A stretch of 64,000 nucleotides of DNA. Origin: Nannocystales bacterium. GTDB lineage: Bacteria; Myxococcota_A; Polyangia; Nannocystales; Nannocystaceae. The translations under genes were made by a program, and so were the position numbers. Where the stretch lies: assembly GCA_050633305.1 (NCBI GenBank), contig JBOEGF010000014.1, positions 427,436-491,435 on the forward strand, given 5' to 3'. A model generated the notes under the pieces. It was given only the letters and a program-made list of their open reading frames with translations. It was not told where the DNA came from and ran no database searches. Of the stretch, positions 10,380 through 18,652 are shown one piece after another (position 1 is the stretch's first letter; every line of letters starts with the position of its first letter).

Positions 10380-11141
10380 TCAGAGCACGAAGGGGATCAG
10401 CGCTCTACGCTCGGCCGGGTAGTTCGGAAAACGCTCGCGGTACCAACGGTGGTTCGCCAGTGCCCGAGGCCCGACGTTGGCCGCGGTGTACAGGGCGAAG
10501 GCCAGACCCGGAAGGGCCCAGGTGGCGATGGCAAACCCGGTCCACTCGATGATCTCACCGAGGTAGTTGGGGCAGCTGACGACACGGTACAGGCCACCCT
10601 TGGGGATCTTGTAGCCGGTCTCTCCTGGCTTGCGCAGGTTGATGAGGATCTGGTCCGAAGTGACGTTGATCCAAAACCCCGCTGCGAAGATGACGACCCC
10701 GACGATGAACCGAGGGTCCCACAGCCAGCTGGCGTCGTACCCGGCGAAGTGGCTGAGCCACGTTGCGTTGACGTAGGCGTTGAGAATGTTGAAGCCGACC
10801 GCCATCGCCGCGATCACGGCGGGCATGCTCTTGCCCTTGGTCCGAAGCCGGAACGGGAAGATGAAGGTGCGGTGGATGTAGTGCACTTGCCACAGCGAGA
10901 GCAGTGCAAGGGGGACGAGGTCCCAGCGGAGCTCTCCCTGCGCGTAGAACCACACGAAGACTCCGACGGCGGGGAATTCCATCACGATCCAGCCGATGCG
11001 GGAGGGGATCTGCGGGCCCCAGCCTCGTCGGACGTGCCGGCCATACGGCGCGTTGATGGCGAGCAGGGCGATGCACGTCAGGGCGGCCAGGGCGATCTCC
11101 AGCCACGTCATCCACCGATGAAAGTCGGCGTCGTGCATCAC
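10380..11141 (-). CDS. 3-oxo-5-alpha-steroid 4-dehydrogenase (steroid 5alpha-reductase family)
   Basis: APYGRH, WIVMEFP, HYIHR, YKIPKGGLY..SCPNYLGEIIEW.GFA, HRWYRERFPNYP. Confidence 0.9.
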   Translation of the reverse strand: MMHDADFHRWMTWLEIALAALTCIALLAINAPYGRHVRRGWGPQIPSRIGWIVMEFPAVGVFVWFYAQGELRWDLVPLALLSLWQVHYIHRTFIFPFRLRTKGKSMPAVIAAMAVGFNILNAYVNATWLSHFAGYDASWLWDPRFIVGVVIFAAGFWINVTSDQILINLRKPGETGYKIPKGGLYRVVSCPNYLGEIIEWTGFAIATWALPGLAFALYTAANVGPRALANHRWYRERFPNYPAERRALIPFVL

Positions 11142-12190
11142 GCAGCGAGGACTGCGCCGTAGCGCTCGGGCTGGAGCTCGGCAGCGGGGCTCTTGAGGCT
11201 GCCGTGCGCTGCGAACCAGGCGTAGACGTCTCGTAGCGTGTGCAGAAGCGGACGCGGACGATAGTCGAGTTCGACACCGGCCTTGCTTCGCTCGAAGCGG
11301 ACGTCGCTTCGCAGCGCCATGAGGGACTCTTCGGTGTACAGCGGCTCCATCCGCATCAACTTCGCCGTGGCCTCCGCCGCAGGGGCGAAGAAGTTGGCGA
11401 GCGCCAGCGGCATGGTGAGCTTGGGAGCGCCGCGTCCGGTCACGTTCGCGGCTACGTGCGCCAGGTCGGGGATCGAGGCGAAGTTGCCGGAGAGGATGTA
11501 GCTCTCGCCGGTGCGGCCTTTGTCGGCCGCGGCGCGAATGCCCTGGCCAACATCACGAACATCGACCCAGTCGAAGCCTCCCCCGAGAAGGGCAGGCATG
11601 CGGCCGTTGCCCAGAGACAGCAGGACCTTGCCCATGCGTGACGGGCTGAAGTCGAACGGACCAATGACGCCTGAGGGGTGCACGATGACGGCGTCGAGCC
11701 CCTTGTCGACGAGCTTGCGAATCTCGACCTCGCCCGCCGCCTTGCTCGCGTCATAGGCAGGACACGTCTCCTCGCGTGAGCGCTTGTGCGTCTCGTCGAT
11801 GGTGCGAGGTTTCCCGGTCTGGCCGACGCCGAGCTCGAAGGCGTGCACCGAACTGACGTGAACCATGCGTTTTGCCCCGGCGGCGAGCGCTGCTTCACCG
11901 ACGTTGCGAGCGCCGTGCACGTTGACGGCGCGCACCTTGCCGTCCATCGGTCCCACGATCGAGATCAGAGCTGCAAGGTGATAGACGCGTTCGGCCCCCT
12001 CCACCAGAGGTTTTAGGGTGCTGGGCTGACAGATGTCGCCGCGCACGATCTCGATGTCGAGGCCTTCGAGCGATGGCGGCGCCTTTTCGTCGCGAATGAG
12101 CGCCCGCACCTCGTGCCCGTCGGCGAGAAGTTGTCGGATCAGGCAAGGCCCCAAGTGCCCTGTGCTTCCCGTGACTGCTACACGAGCCAT
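11138..12190 (-). CDS. Extended SDR, NAD-dependent epimerase / 3beta-hydroxysteroid dehydrogenase-like
   Basis: VTGSTGHLG, HLAA, HVSS, YDASK; stop overlaps the start of the next gene. Confidence 0.88.
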   Translation of the reverse strand: MARVAVTGSTGHLGPCLIRQLLADGHEVRALIRDEKAPPSLEGLDIEIVRGDICQPSTLKPLVEGAERVYHLAALISIVGPMDGKVRAVNVHGARNVGEAALAAGAKRMVHVSSVHAFELGVGQTGKPRTIDETHKRSREETCPAYDASKAAGEVEIRKLVDKGLDAVIVHPSGVIGPFDFSPSRMGKVLLSLGNGRMPALLGGGFDWVDVRDVGQGIRAAADKGRTGESYILSGNFASIPDLAHVAANVTGRGAPKLTMPLALANFFAPAAEATAKLMRMEPLYTEESLMALRSDVRFERSKAGVELDYRPRPLLHTLRDVYAWFAAHGSLKSPAAELQPERYGAVLAA

Positions 12191-12501
12191 GGCCCGGAGA
12201 GTACCTGCGGGCTCGTCGGGACGCGAGGAGCCGCTCGGTGACGTGCAGGCCCAGCGCTCCTCGTAGCGCCGGCGCCGGGATAGCCGGTGTTCCCGCGGTG
12301 GCTCGTGGGGACGCGCACACCCAGGAACGCGAGCGGCAGGTGGTGTCACACGGCGATCGACAGAATCGCTGCGGAGGGCAGCTTCTCTCCGATTCGCGCC
12401 TCGGGGGCACGCGCCGGCGGAGATTCGATGGCTCCGAGGAAAATCGAAGTTTCTGGTGGGCGTGAGCGCAAACGAGTCTGGTTCGCGCATCCGTCATCAA
12501 C

Positions 12502-14004
12502 GTGGCCCGCTCGAACGCCCTCATCCCGCTCCGTCAACTCTTGGCGGCTGCGCTCCTGTCAACGTTCGCTTGCGATTCGGTGGACGATGCGGCGGATCCA
12601 GTCCTCGAGCTGAGCCAGCCCTCGAGGTCAGCGCCGCGGGCTCGCACCACCGGCTCGCTTGAACTTCCGGACCCTCCGGCGCCCCACGTCTTCGGCGGCG
12701 CAGAAGCGGAGCTGTGCCAATGGCCGACGACAGTGGCCGTGCTCGATGAGGCCTCGTTGTGCACGGGAACCTTGGTGCACCCGCAGGTGGTGACGTACGC
12801 CGCCCACTGCGGGAGCGTGGGCAAGACCATCGCGTTTGGCGAGAACCTCAGCGACGGCCCGATGCGGACAACCCAGCGTTGCGTTGCCAATCCGCAGTGG
12901 ACGGGTGCAGCGGACCAAGGTCAGGACTGGGCGTTCTGTGTGTTGGACGAGCCCATCCTCGACCTCCCCTTCTCCCCCCCCGCGTATGGGTGCGAGATTG
13001 AGCTCATCCAGCCCGAGCAAGGGGTTGTCATCGCAGGCTTCGGCGACGACGACTTCGGCGTCGCGGGGACGAAACGATGGGGGGCAACCAGCATCATGGC
13101 CACGGCGTCCGACACCGTGCAGATTGGCGGCCAAGGGACGGGGGTCGCCAACTGTCTCGGTGACTCCGGGGGGACGGCCTACCTGCCGATGCCCGACGGC
13201 TCCTTTCGCTCAATCTCCATCGGGTCGACGAGTCCCTCTCCCGTTTGCTCGGACGTCACGACCACGCACGCGTTGCTGCACGCCGCGGTCCCCTGGATCG
13301 AGGAAAACTCCGGGATTGACATCACGCCGTGTCACGACGCCGACGGGTCCTGGAATCCAACCCCGAGTTGCAGCGGCTTCTTCGGCGGTGGGAAGACGGC
13401 GTCGGGCACCTGGGAGAACATGTGTGAGGGCACCTTGGCCTCAGGCCGGGGTGCGCTGTGTGGCCCCGCCTTTGATGCACAGCCCGACGACCAGCCTCCA
13501 GCGGTCGTGGTGGTCGACCCCATGCAGGGAGCCGAGCTGGAGTCGGGCACCACATTCGACATCGACATCGAAGCCGTCGACGCAGGACAAGGCGTCGGGG
13601 AGGTCTGGATCGAAATCAACGGCCAGGAGCAGCCGGCCCGGGACACGCTACCGCCATTTGGATTTGCCAACGTTTCCCTCCCTGACGGTGTCTACACGTT
13701 CGTCGCCCACGCGACGGATTGGGCTGGCAATGAAGGGGTCTCCGAGCCCGTGACGATCGGGGTCAACGCACAAGTCCCCGATCCCCCCGACGCAAGTTCG
13801 GGAGGGGGAAGCTCGGGCCAGGAGACCGAAGACGCCCCGGGCGCCGAAACGGGCGGCGACTCGCCGTCTGACTCGGGCGGGAGCTCGGGTCCTGCGAGCT
13901 CCGACGGGGGCGGAGGAGGCGGTTGCCATGTTGAGACCGCCGGACCCAGCGGGTTTGTGCTGCTCGGCCTCTTCGGCCTCTTCGCACGACGCCGCCGGTC
14001 CTGA
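12502..14004 (+). CDS. Trypsin-like (S1) serine protease with Ig-like domain and MYXO-CTERM sorting signal
   Basis: AAHC, QDW and GDSGG triad motifs; C-terminus GGGGGC...LLGLFGLFARRRRS. Confidence 0.9.
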   Translation: MARSNALIPLRQLLAAALLSTFACDSVDDAADPVLELSQPSRSAPRARTTGSLELPDPPAPHVFGGAEAELCQWPTTVAVLDEASLCTGTLVHPQVVTYAAHCGSVGKTIAFGENLSDGPMRTTQRCVANPQWTGAADQGQDWAFCVLDEPILDLPFSPPAYGCEIELIQPEQGVVIAGFGDDDFGVAGTKRWGATSIMATASDTVQIGGQGTGVANCLGDSGGTAYLPMPDGSFRSISIGSTSPSPVCSDVTTTHALLHAAVPWIEENSGIDITPCHDADGSWNPTPSCSGFFGGGKTASGTWENMCEGTLASGRGALCGPAFDAQPDDQPPAVVVVDPMQGAELESGTTFDIDIEAVDAGQGVGEVWIEINGQEQPARDTLPPFGFANVSLPDGVYTFVAHATDWAGNEGVSEPVTIGVNAQVPDPPDASSGGGSSGQETEDAPGAETGGDSPSDSGGSSGPASSDGGGGGGCHVETAGPSGFVLLGLFGLFARRRRS

Positions 14005-14043
14005 GGGGACACGCTCCGCACAACCGAAGCGTCTGATGGCGAG

Positions 14044-15504
14044 TCAAGGAACCATCAGGAAGATCGCGACTCCGCCCTGGTGGTCCTCGGTCGCGCTGTG
14101 GGCCACCGCGATGTCCGGGGCACCGTCGCCGTTGAAGTCCGAGACGTCGGCGGCGGTGGGGCGACCCATGAGCGGCATGGTCACCAGCTCAGCCAGGGTG
14201 CCGTCGCCGTTGCCGAGCGCGAGGAACAAGGCGGGATCGTCTTCGTCGGCCGAGACGATCATGACATCGAGGATGTCGTCGTTGTTGAGGTCGACCACGT
14301 CGACGTCGACGCTCCCGCTCGCCGGCACGACCATCACGGGGCCCCATGTACCGTCCCCCACTCCGGGGGCAATCGAGACCCCCGCCGAATGGGTCATCAA
14401 GATCTCAACCTCGCCGTCGCCATCGAGATCGGCCGCGGCGAGGTCGGTCGGCTCGCAGCCGGCCTCGCCACACATGGGAATGTCGGTGCCCAATCCACCC
14501 GTGAACGTTGCGTCACCGTTGCCGCGGACTGGGACCACCCCGCCGCCTCCAAACCTCGAGGCTACGACGACGTCGGCGAAACCGTCGCCATCGAACCCGA
14601 ACTCTGTGACGGCAACGTGAGAGTCGCCGCCGGTTGCCTGGACCGAACCGTCACTGCCGCCCCCGGATGGACCCGCGATGTAGTTGCCACCGGACATGCG
14701 GCCGAGGAAGACGTTGGTGTTGTATCCCTCGGTGGCGACGATATCGATCGCGGGGTCGAGGTCCATGTTGCCCACGCCCATGCCTTCGGGACCACCGAAG
14801 CCGAGGTCCACAAACCCTCCGCCTTGAAATGCTCCCACCCCGTTGTTGAGGAGCCATACGGCTTGGCGCGACGCCCCTGCGACGATGTCGATGTCTCCAT
14901 CGGGCTCGAGGTCAGTCGCAGCCAGGAAGCCCGGCCCGCCACCCCCGCCGCCACCGCCGTTTCCGACGTCCGCGGAGATCGGGGGGCCGAAGCCGCCCGC
15001 ACCGTCCGAGGGGGCGACGAAGATCGCGTTGTCCGCAGGGCTAATCGTGATGACGTCGACCCGGTCGGCGCCTTGGAGCCGCGCCAGCACGAGGTCCGTC
15101 GGGTTCACGCCCATGCCCGTAATGACCGTCTCCGGAGCGTTCGGGGGGCAGAGTTCTCCGGGGTCGGCATTGCCGTCGTCACAGGCCGCTGGGGGGTCTC
15201 CTGTCTCGGAGCCCGTCGCGGGATCGGTGGGGTCATTCGTCGTGCTGGTGGGGTCGTCCGTCGTGGTGGACCCCGTGTCGGCACCGCTGGTCGGGTCCGT
15301 GGGGTTCGTCGTGGGGCTCGTCGTGGTGGCGGGGTCGGTCGTGCCCATCGTCGCGGTGCTCTCCTCAGACCCGGAGCCGTCGGAACTGCCCATGGGGTCT
15401 GTGTCGACGGTTGCGTCATCCGGGTTGAAGCAAGCGGGCGTGGCGAGCAATGCGAGGGTCGCCAGGAGAGAAGTCGGTCGGGTAGGGATCCTAAGGTGAG
15501 TCAT
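14044..15504 (-). CDS. FG-GAP/VCBS-repeat lipoprotein (paralog 2)
   Basis: AAGGA RBS; TPACFNPDD; T/D/P linker; CDDG; DLDGDG repeats. Confidence 0.88.
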   Translation of the reverse strand: MTHLRIPTRPTSLLATLALLATPACFNPDDATVDTDPMGSSDGSGSEESTATMGTTDPATTTSPTTNPTDPTSGADTGSTTTDDPTSTTNDPTDPATGSETGDPPAACDDGNADPGELCPPNAPETVITGMGVNPTDLVLARLQGADRVDVITISPADNAIFVAPSDGAGGFGPPISADVGNGGGGGGGGPGFLAATDLEPDGDIDIVAGASRQAVWLLNNGVGAFQGGGFVDLGFGGPEGMGVGNMDLDPAIDIVATEGYNTNVFLGRMSGGNYIAGPSGGGSDGSVQATGGDSHVAVTEFGFDGDGFADVVVASRFGGGGVVPVRGNGDATFTGGLGTDIPMCGEAGCEPTDLAAADLDGDGEVEILMTHSAGVSIAPGVGDGTWGPVMVVPASGSVDVDVVDLNNDDILDVMIVSADEDDPALFLALGNGDGTLAELVTMPLMGRPTAADVSDFNGDGAPDIAVAHSATEDHQGGVAIFLMVP

Positions 15505-15545
15505 GGCGGTTTCCTTGGCGATCAACGCGGCAAAGGAGCGAGCAA

Positions 15546-16904
15546 CTACGGCTGGGCGAGCATGACACGCAGCCCGTCTACGCTACCACTGTGGTAGGCG
15601 ACGTCGTTGGCTCCGTCATCGTCGAAGTCGGCGACGACGAACTGCACACACGGGCTGGCGCTGAAGTGTTCGGGGTCTTCGAGGGCGGCTGTACCGTCGG
15701 CCGCCCAAACACTGATCGAGGCCAGCACCCCGCGACCACAGGTGACGAGGTCGTCCCGCCCGTCATTGGTCAGGTCGGCGAAGAGCGCAGACCGTGGCTC
15801 GCCCACCGCATCGAGTTCGACCGGAGCGGCGGGGCCACCGGGGCCACCGACGAACAGAAGTACGTCGTCGCTCTGGGACCTTGGGAACGCTGCTTCCGCG
15901 ATGCCGTCGCCGTCGAGGTCCGCGCTCGCGGCTCGGCCACCGACGACCTCCAGTCCTACAGGGATGTCGGTGACCGTGAAGGTCCCATCGCCACTGCCCT
16001 GCACGAAGGCGATCACGTCGCGATTTGGCTGACCGACGAGGACATCAGGTACAGCGTCGCCGTTGAAGTCCCCCCACGCCAGCGGGCCAGCGCTCTGGAT
16101 CGGAGCGGCGGCGGAGAACGTGAAACTGCCGGTGCCGGCTCCTCGGCCAAACGCATAGCTGAAGCCGGTGCTTCGCAGTACGAACACGTCGAGCACGTCG
16201 TCTCCGTCAAAATCAGCCGGCGCCATGCCTCCGGCGTTGGCGATGTCGTCCAGCGCCGCAGCCCCCGACTGGGTGAACGTGCCGTCGCCGTTGCCGAGAA
16301 ATGTTGTGACCACGGACGAGCTGCCGTTCGCGATCAGGTCGAGGTCGCCGTCGGCGTTGACGTCTGCGATGACGACGTTGCCCGAGCCGATCGACCCCAC
16401 GGTGTCAAACGTGGGCTGAACCGAGAAGTTGCCCGCCCCATCGCCGAGGTGGAGCGTGGCGTCTCGATCGGTGGCGGACAGCAGGTCGACGAAACCGTCG
16501 TTGTCGAAGTCGCCGCCAAAAAGGAAGTCGGCCTGCGGGCTCGCGAGGGTCGCGATGGGTCCGAGGCAAACCTCGCCAGGGCTCACGAGCCCGTCTTCGC
16601 ACATCGCCGGTGGACCGCTGGTGTCTCCTGTCGAGCTGTCCTCGGTGCCCGAGTTGCCCGTCGGCGCCCCGGTCACTGAGTCGTTCGTCCCGCCCGGTCC
16701 TGTGGTCGGGGCCGCGCTCGTTACGCTCGCGCTGTCGCTGCTCCCGTGGCTCGTGCCGGCGGGGTCGGTCTCTGACTCGTCTCCGTCGGTCGCGGTGTCT
16801 TGGATGGCGGATTGAGGCGCGGTGTCGTCGGGGTTGAAACACGCCGTCGGCGCAACGAGGAGGGCGGCGGTGGCCAAGCTTGGGAAGAAGTGGAAGCGGA
16901 TCAT
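15546..16904 (-). CDS. FG-GAP/VCBS-repeat lipoprotein (paralog 3)
   Basis: PTACFNPDD; linker; CEDG; DFDND/DFNGD repeats. Confidence 0.88.
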   Translation of the reverse strand: MIRFHFFPSLATAALLVAPTACFNPDDTAPQSAIQDTATDGDESETDPAGTSHGSSDSASVTSAAPTTGPGGTNDSVTGAPTGNSGTEDSSTGDTSGPPAMCEDGLVSPGEVCLGPIATLASPQADFLFGGDFDNDGFVDLLSATDRDATLHLGDGAGNFSVQPTFDTVGSIGSGNVVIADVNADGDLDLIANGSSSVVTTFLGNGDGTFTQSGAAALDDIANAGGMAPADFDGDDVLDVFVLRSTGFSYAFGRGAGTGSFTFSAAAPIQSAGPLAWGDFNGDAVPDVLVGQPNRDVIAFVQGSGDGTFTVTDIPVGLEVVGGRAASADLDGDGIAEAAFPRSQSDDVLLFVGGPGGPAAPVELDAVGEPRSALFADLTNDGRDDLVTCGRGVLASISVWAADGTAALEDPEHFSASPCVQFVVADFDDDGANDVAYHSGSVDGLRVMLAQP

Positions 16905-17164
16905 ATCCAAGCCCGGGACAAGCCTTCCATGGCTCACGGGCCATCGCAAGACGATGCGGCCAAGGGACAACGTGCCTCCTGGCCGGTCAGGCGGAGCGCA
17001 TTTTTTCGAAGCTTTCTCTGTTCGCCGCGCAAATCCGGTCCGGGCGCGCATCGATCAAGGTGTTCACCCCACGGCGCCCTGACGTCGCGTTGTCGCAACT
17101 GCGCCCTCGCCACGCACGAACGTGAAGACGTCCGTGCGCGGCAGGCCGGGCGGCATGGCGAGTT

Positions 17165-17190
17165 CATCCCAACGGTTTTTTCGGGGCGTC
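17165..17190 (+). promoter_or_regulatory. Possible ECF-type promoter CATCC-N17-CGTC upstream of the ATP-grasp gene
   Basis: Bipartite motif with a 17-nt spacer ending 57 nt before the ATG; pattern match only. Confidence 0.3.
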
Positions 17191-17247
17191 AGAAACATCG
17201 GACTCGCAGCAAAGAGCAGGGGTTCGCAGCAACGGGAGCGCACGACG

Positions 17248-18366
17248 ATGAAGATTCTGATCCCAACTCTCACCCAAGACATTCACGCCAAGGTCGTCGC
17301 GCGAGCGCTTCGCCAGGACGGTCATGAAGTGACGTTGTGGTACGGGAGCGACCTTCCCTCTCAGCAGACCGTCAGCCTGGAGATCGACGGGGGCACCTCG
17401 ACGTTGGATCTCGCGGGGCGGGAGTTGTCCGCGCAGGGACCGTTCGACGTCGTCTGGCTTCGACGCCCTGCCGACGCTGTGCTGCCTGAGGACATGCACC
17501 CGGGGGATCGAGAATTCGCGGAGCGGGAGTGGTACCGGTTTGCCCGGGCCCTGTGGAAAACGGTCGGCCGAGACGCGTTCTGGGTCAACCCTCTGGAGGG
17601 CGCGGCCCGTGCCACCTCCAAGACGCGTCAGCTCTTGGATGCCGCGGCGGTGGGGCTGTCGACGCCTCGAACGCTGTGCAGCAATGACCCTGAACGCATC
17701 CGGGCGTTCATTCGGGAGAGCCCCGCGCAGACTATCTACAAGCCGTTCTGCACGGGGCAGTGGAGGACCGAAGAAGGGTCGGCGTTTCTATTCACGGCCG
17801 TGGTCACAGACGCCGACCTTCCGCCCGACGATGTCCTGCGGCTGTGTCCGGGCATCTTTCAGCCGCGCGTCGAGAAGTCGCACGAACTGCGCATCACCGC
17901 GATGGGAGACCGGCTGTTTGCCGTTCGGCTCGAGTCCCAGTCGCTCGACCTGGCGCGTGTCGATTGGCGCGCAGGCACCCGCAACATCGACATGAAGGTC
18001 GTCGAGCTCGATCCCGACGTCGAGAAGCGATGTCGTGCGCTGATGCGCCGCCTCGGCCTGGTGTTCGGGTGCCTGGACTTCATCGTGACCCCGTCGGGGG
18101 AGCACGTGTTCCTGGAGGTGAACGAGATGGGGCAGTTCCTCTGGCTCGAGGAGTTGCTTCCCGAGTTGCCACTGCTCGATGCCTTCTGCGCCATGCTCAC
18201 CCAGCGGCGCCCGGACTTCGAATGGGACCCTGCAACGGCGGCTCGATCGTTCTCCTCGCTGCACGACCCCGAGCGTGAGGCCAAGGCCGACGCTCAACAC
18301 ACTCGGCACCCCCAACGGTACGTGATGGACGACCGCACCCGCGTGGCCCCATCGCCGAGCGCATGA
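17248..18366 (+). CDS. Graspetide synthetase (MvdC/MvdD-like ATP-grasp ligase)
   Basis: GGGAG RBS; pre-ATP-grasp N-domain, WLRRP, FWVNP, SKTRQL, TPRTLCSNDP, IYKP, IFQPRVEKSHELR, VDWR, GLVFGCLDFIVT...FLEVNEMGQFLWLE. Confidence 0.92.
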   Translation: MKILIPTLTQDIHAKVVARALRQDGHEVTLWYGSDLPSQQTVSLEIDGGTSTLDLAGRELSAQGPFDVVWLRRPADAVLPEDMHPGDREFAEREWYRFARALWKTVGRDAFWVNPLEGAARATSKTRQLLDAAAVGLSTPRTLCSNDPERIRAFIRESPAQTIYKPFCTGQWRTEEGSAFLFTAVVTDADLPPDDVLRLCPGIFQPRVEKSHELRITAMGDRLFAVRLESQSLDLARVDWRAGTRNIDMKVVELDPDVEKRCRALMRRLGLVFGCLDFIVTPSGEHVFLEVNEMGQFLWLEELLPELPLLDAFCAMLTQRRPDFEWDPATAARSFSSLHDPEREAKADAQHTRHPQRYVMDDRTRVAPSPSA

Positions 18367-18369
18367 GAT

Positions 18370-18390
18370 TCGCCGGGAATCCCTCGGCGA
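18370..18390 (+). other. Stem-loop between the ligase stop and the precursor RBS
   Basis: TCGCCGGG-AATCC-CTCGGCGA, an 8-bp stem with one G-U pair. Confidence 0.5.
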
Positions 18391-18407
18391 TTGGATAGGA
18401 AAAAAAC

Positions 18408-18581
18408 ATGAAACAACCCAACAAGGTCAACAGCAAGAAAAACGAAACCGCCACCGGAAGCCGGATCCTCGGTCGGCGCCTCGCCAAAGAGATGACCTCC
18501 GAAGAGATTCACTCGGTCACCGGCGGCACCACGAGCTGCAGCTGCGGCGGCGCGGACGACTGCGACCAGCAGGCGTTCTAA
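18408..18581 (+). CDS. Graspetide precursor peptide, 57 aa: MKQPNKVNSKKNETATGSRILGRRLAKEMTSEEIHSVTGG-TTSCSCGGADDCDQQAF
   Basis: Hand-translated. AGGA RBS 7 nt upstream, double-glycine leader EMTSEEIHSVTGG and a Thr/Ser/Cys...Asp core. It lies between the ATP-grasp and C39-transporter genes. Confidence 0.9.
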   Translation: MKQPNKVNSKKNETATGSRILGRRLAKEMTSEEIHSVTGGTTSCSCGGADDCDQQAF

Positions 18582-18601
18582 GCACCGTAGCCGCTTGGCT
18601 C

Positions 18602-18652
18602 GGCCGTCTCCACCTCGACCGTTGTGGGGTCGGGACGGCCTCCCTTTCTCTC
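18602..18652 (+). terminator. GC-rich hairpin plus pyrimidine tract after the precursor (partial terminator or mRNA stabiliser)
   Basis: GGCCGTC(18602-08) pairs with GACGGCC(18634-40), with an extended imperfect stem, then TCCCTTTCTCTC. Confidence 0.55.

Noticed and set aside
14080..16679. Long plus-strand ORFs opposite the FG-GAP genes, and similar antisense ORFs (7893-8687, 20095-21498, 39808-41385, 61624-63924)
   Set aside because: Shadow frames typical of high-GC coding DNA; the opposite strand carries recognisable domains.
18546..18551. Second Gly-Gly inside the precursor as the cleavage site
   Set aside because: It lacks the upstream E-x-x-x-E-I-x-x-V leader pattern, and cutting there would separate donor from acceptor residues.
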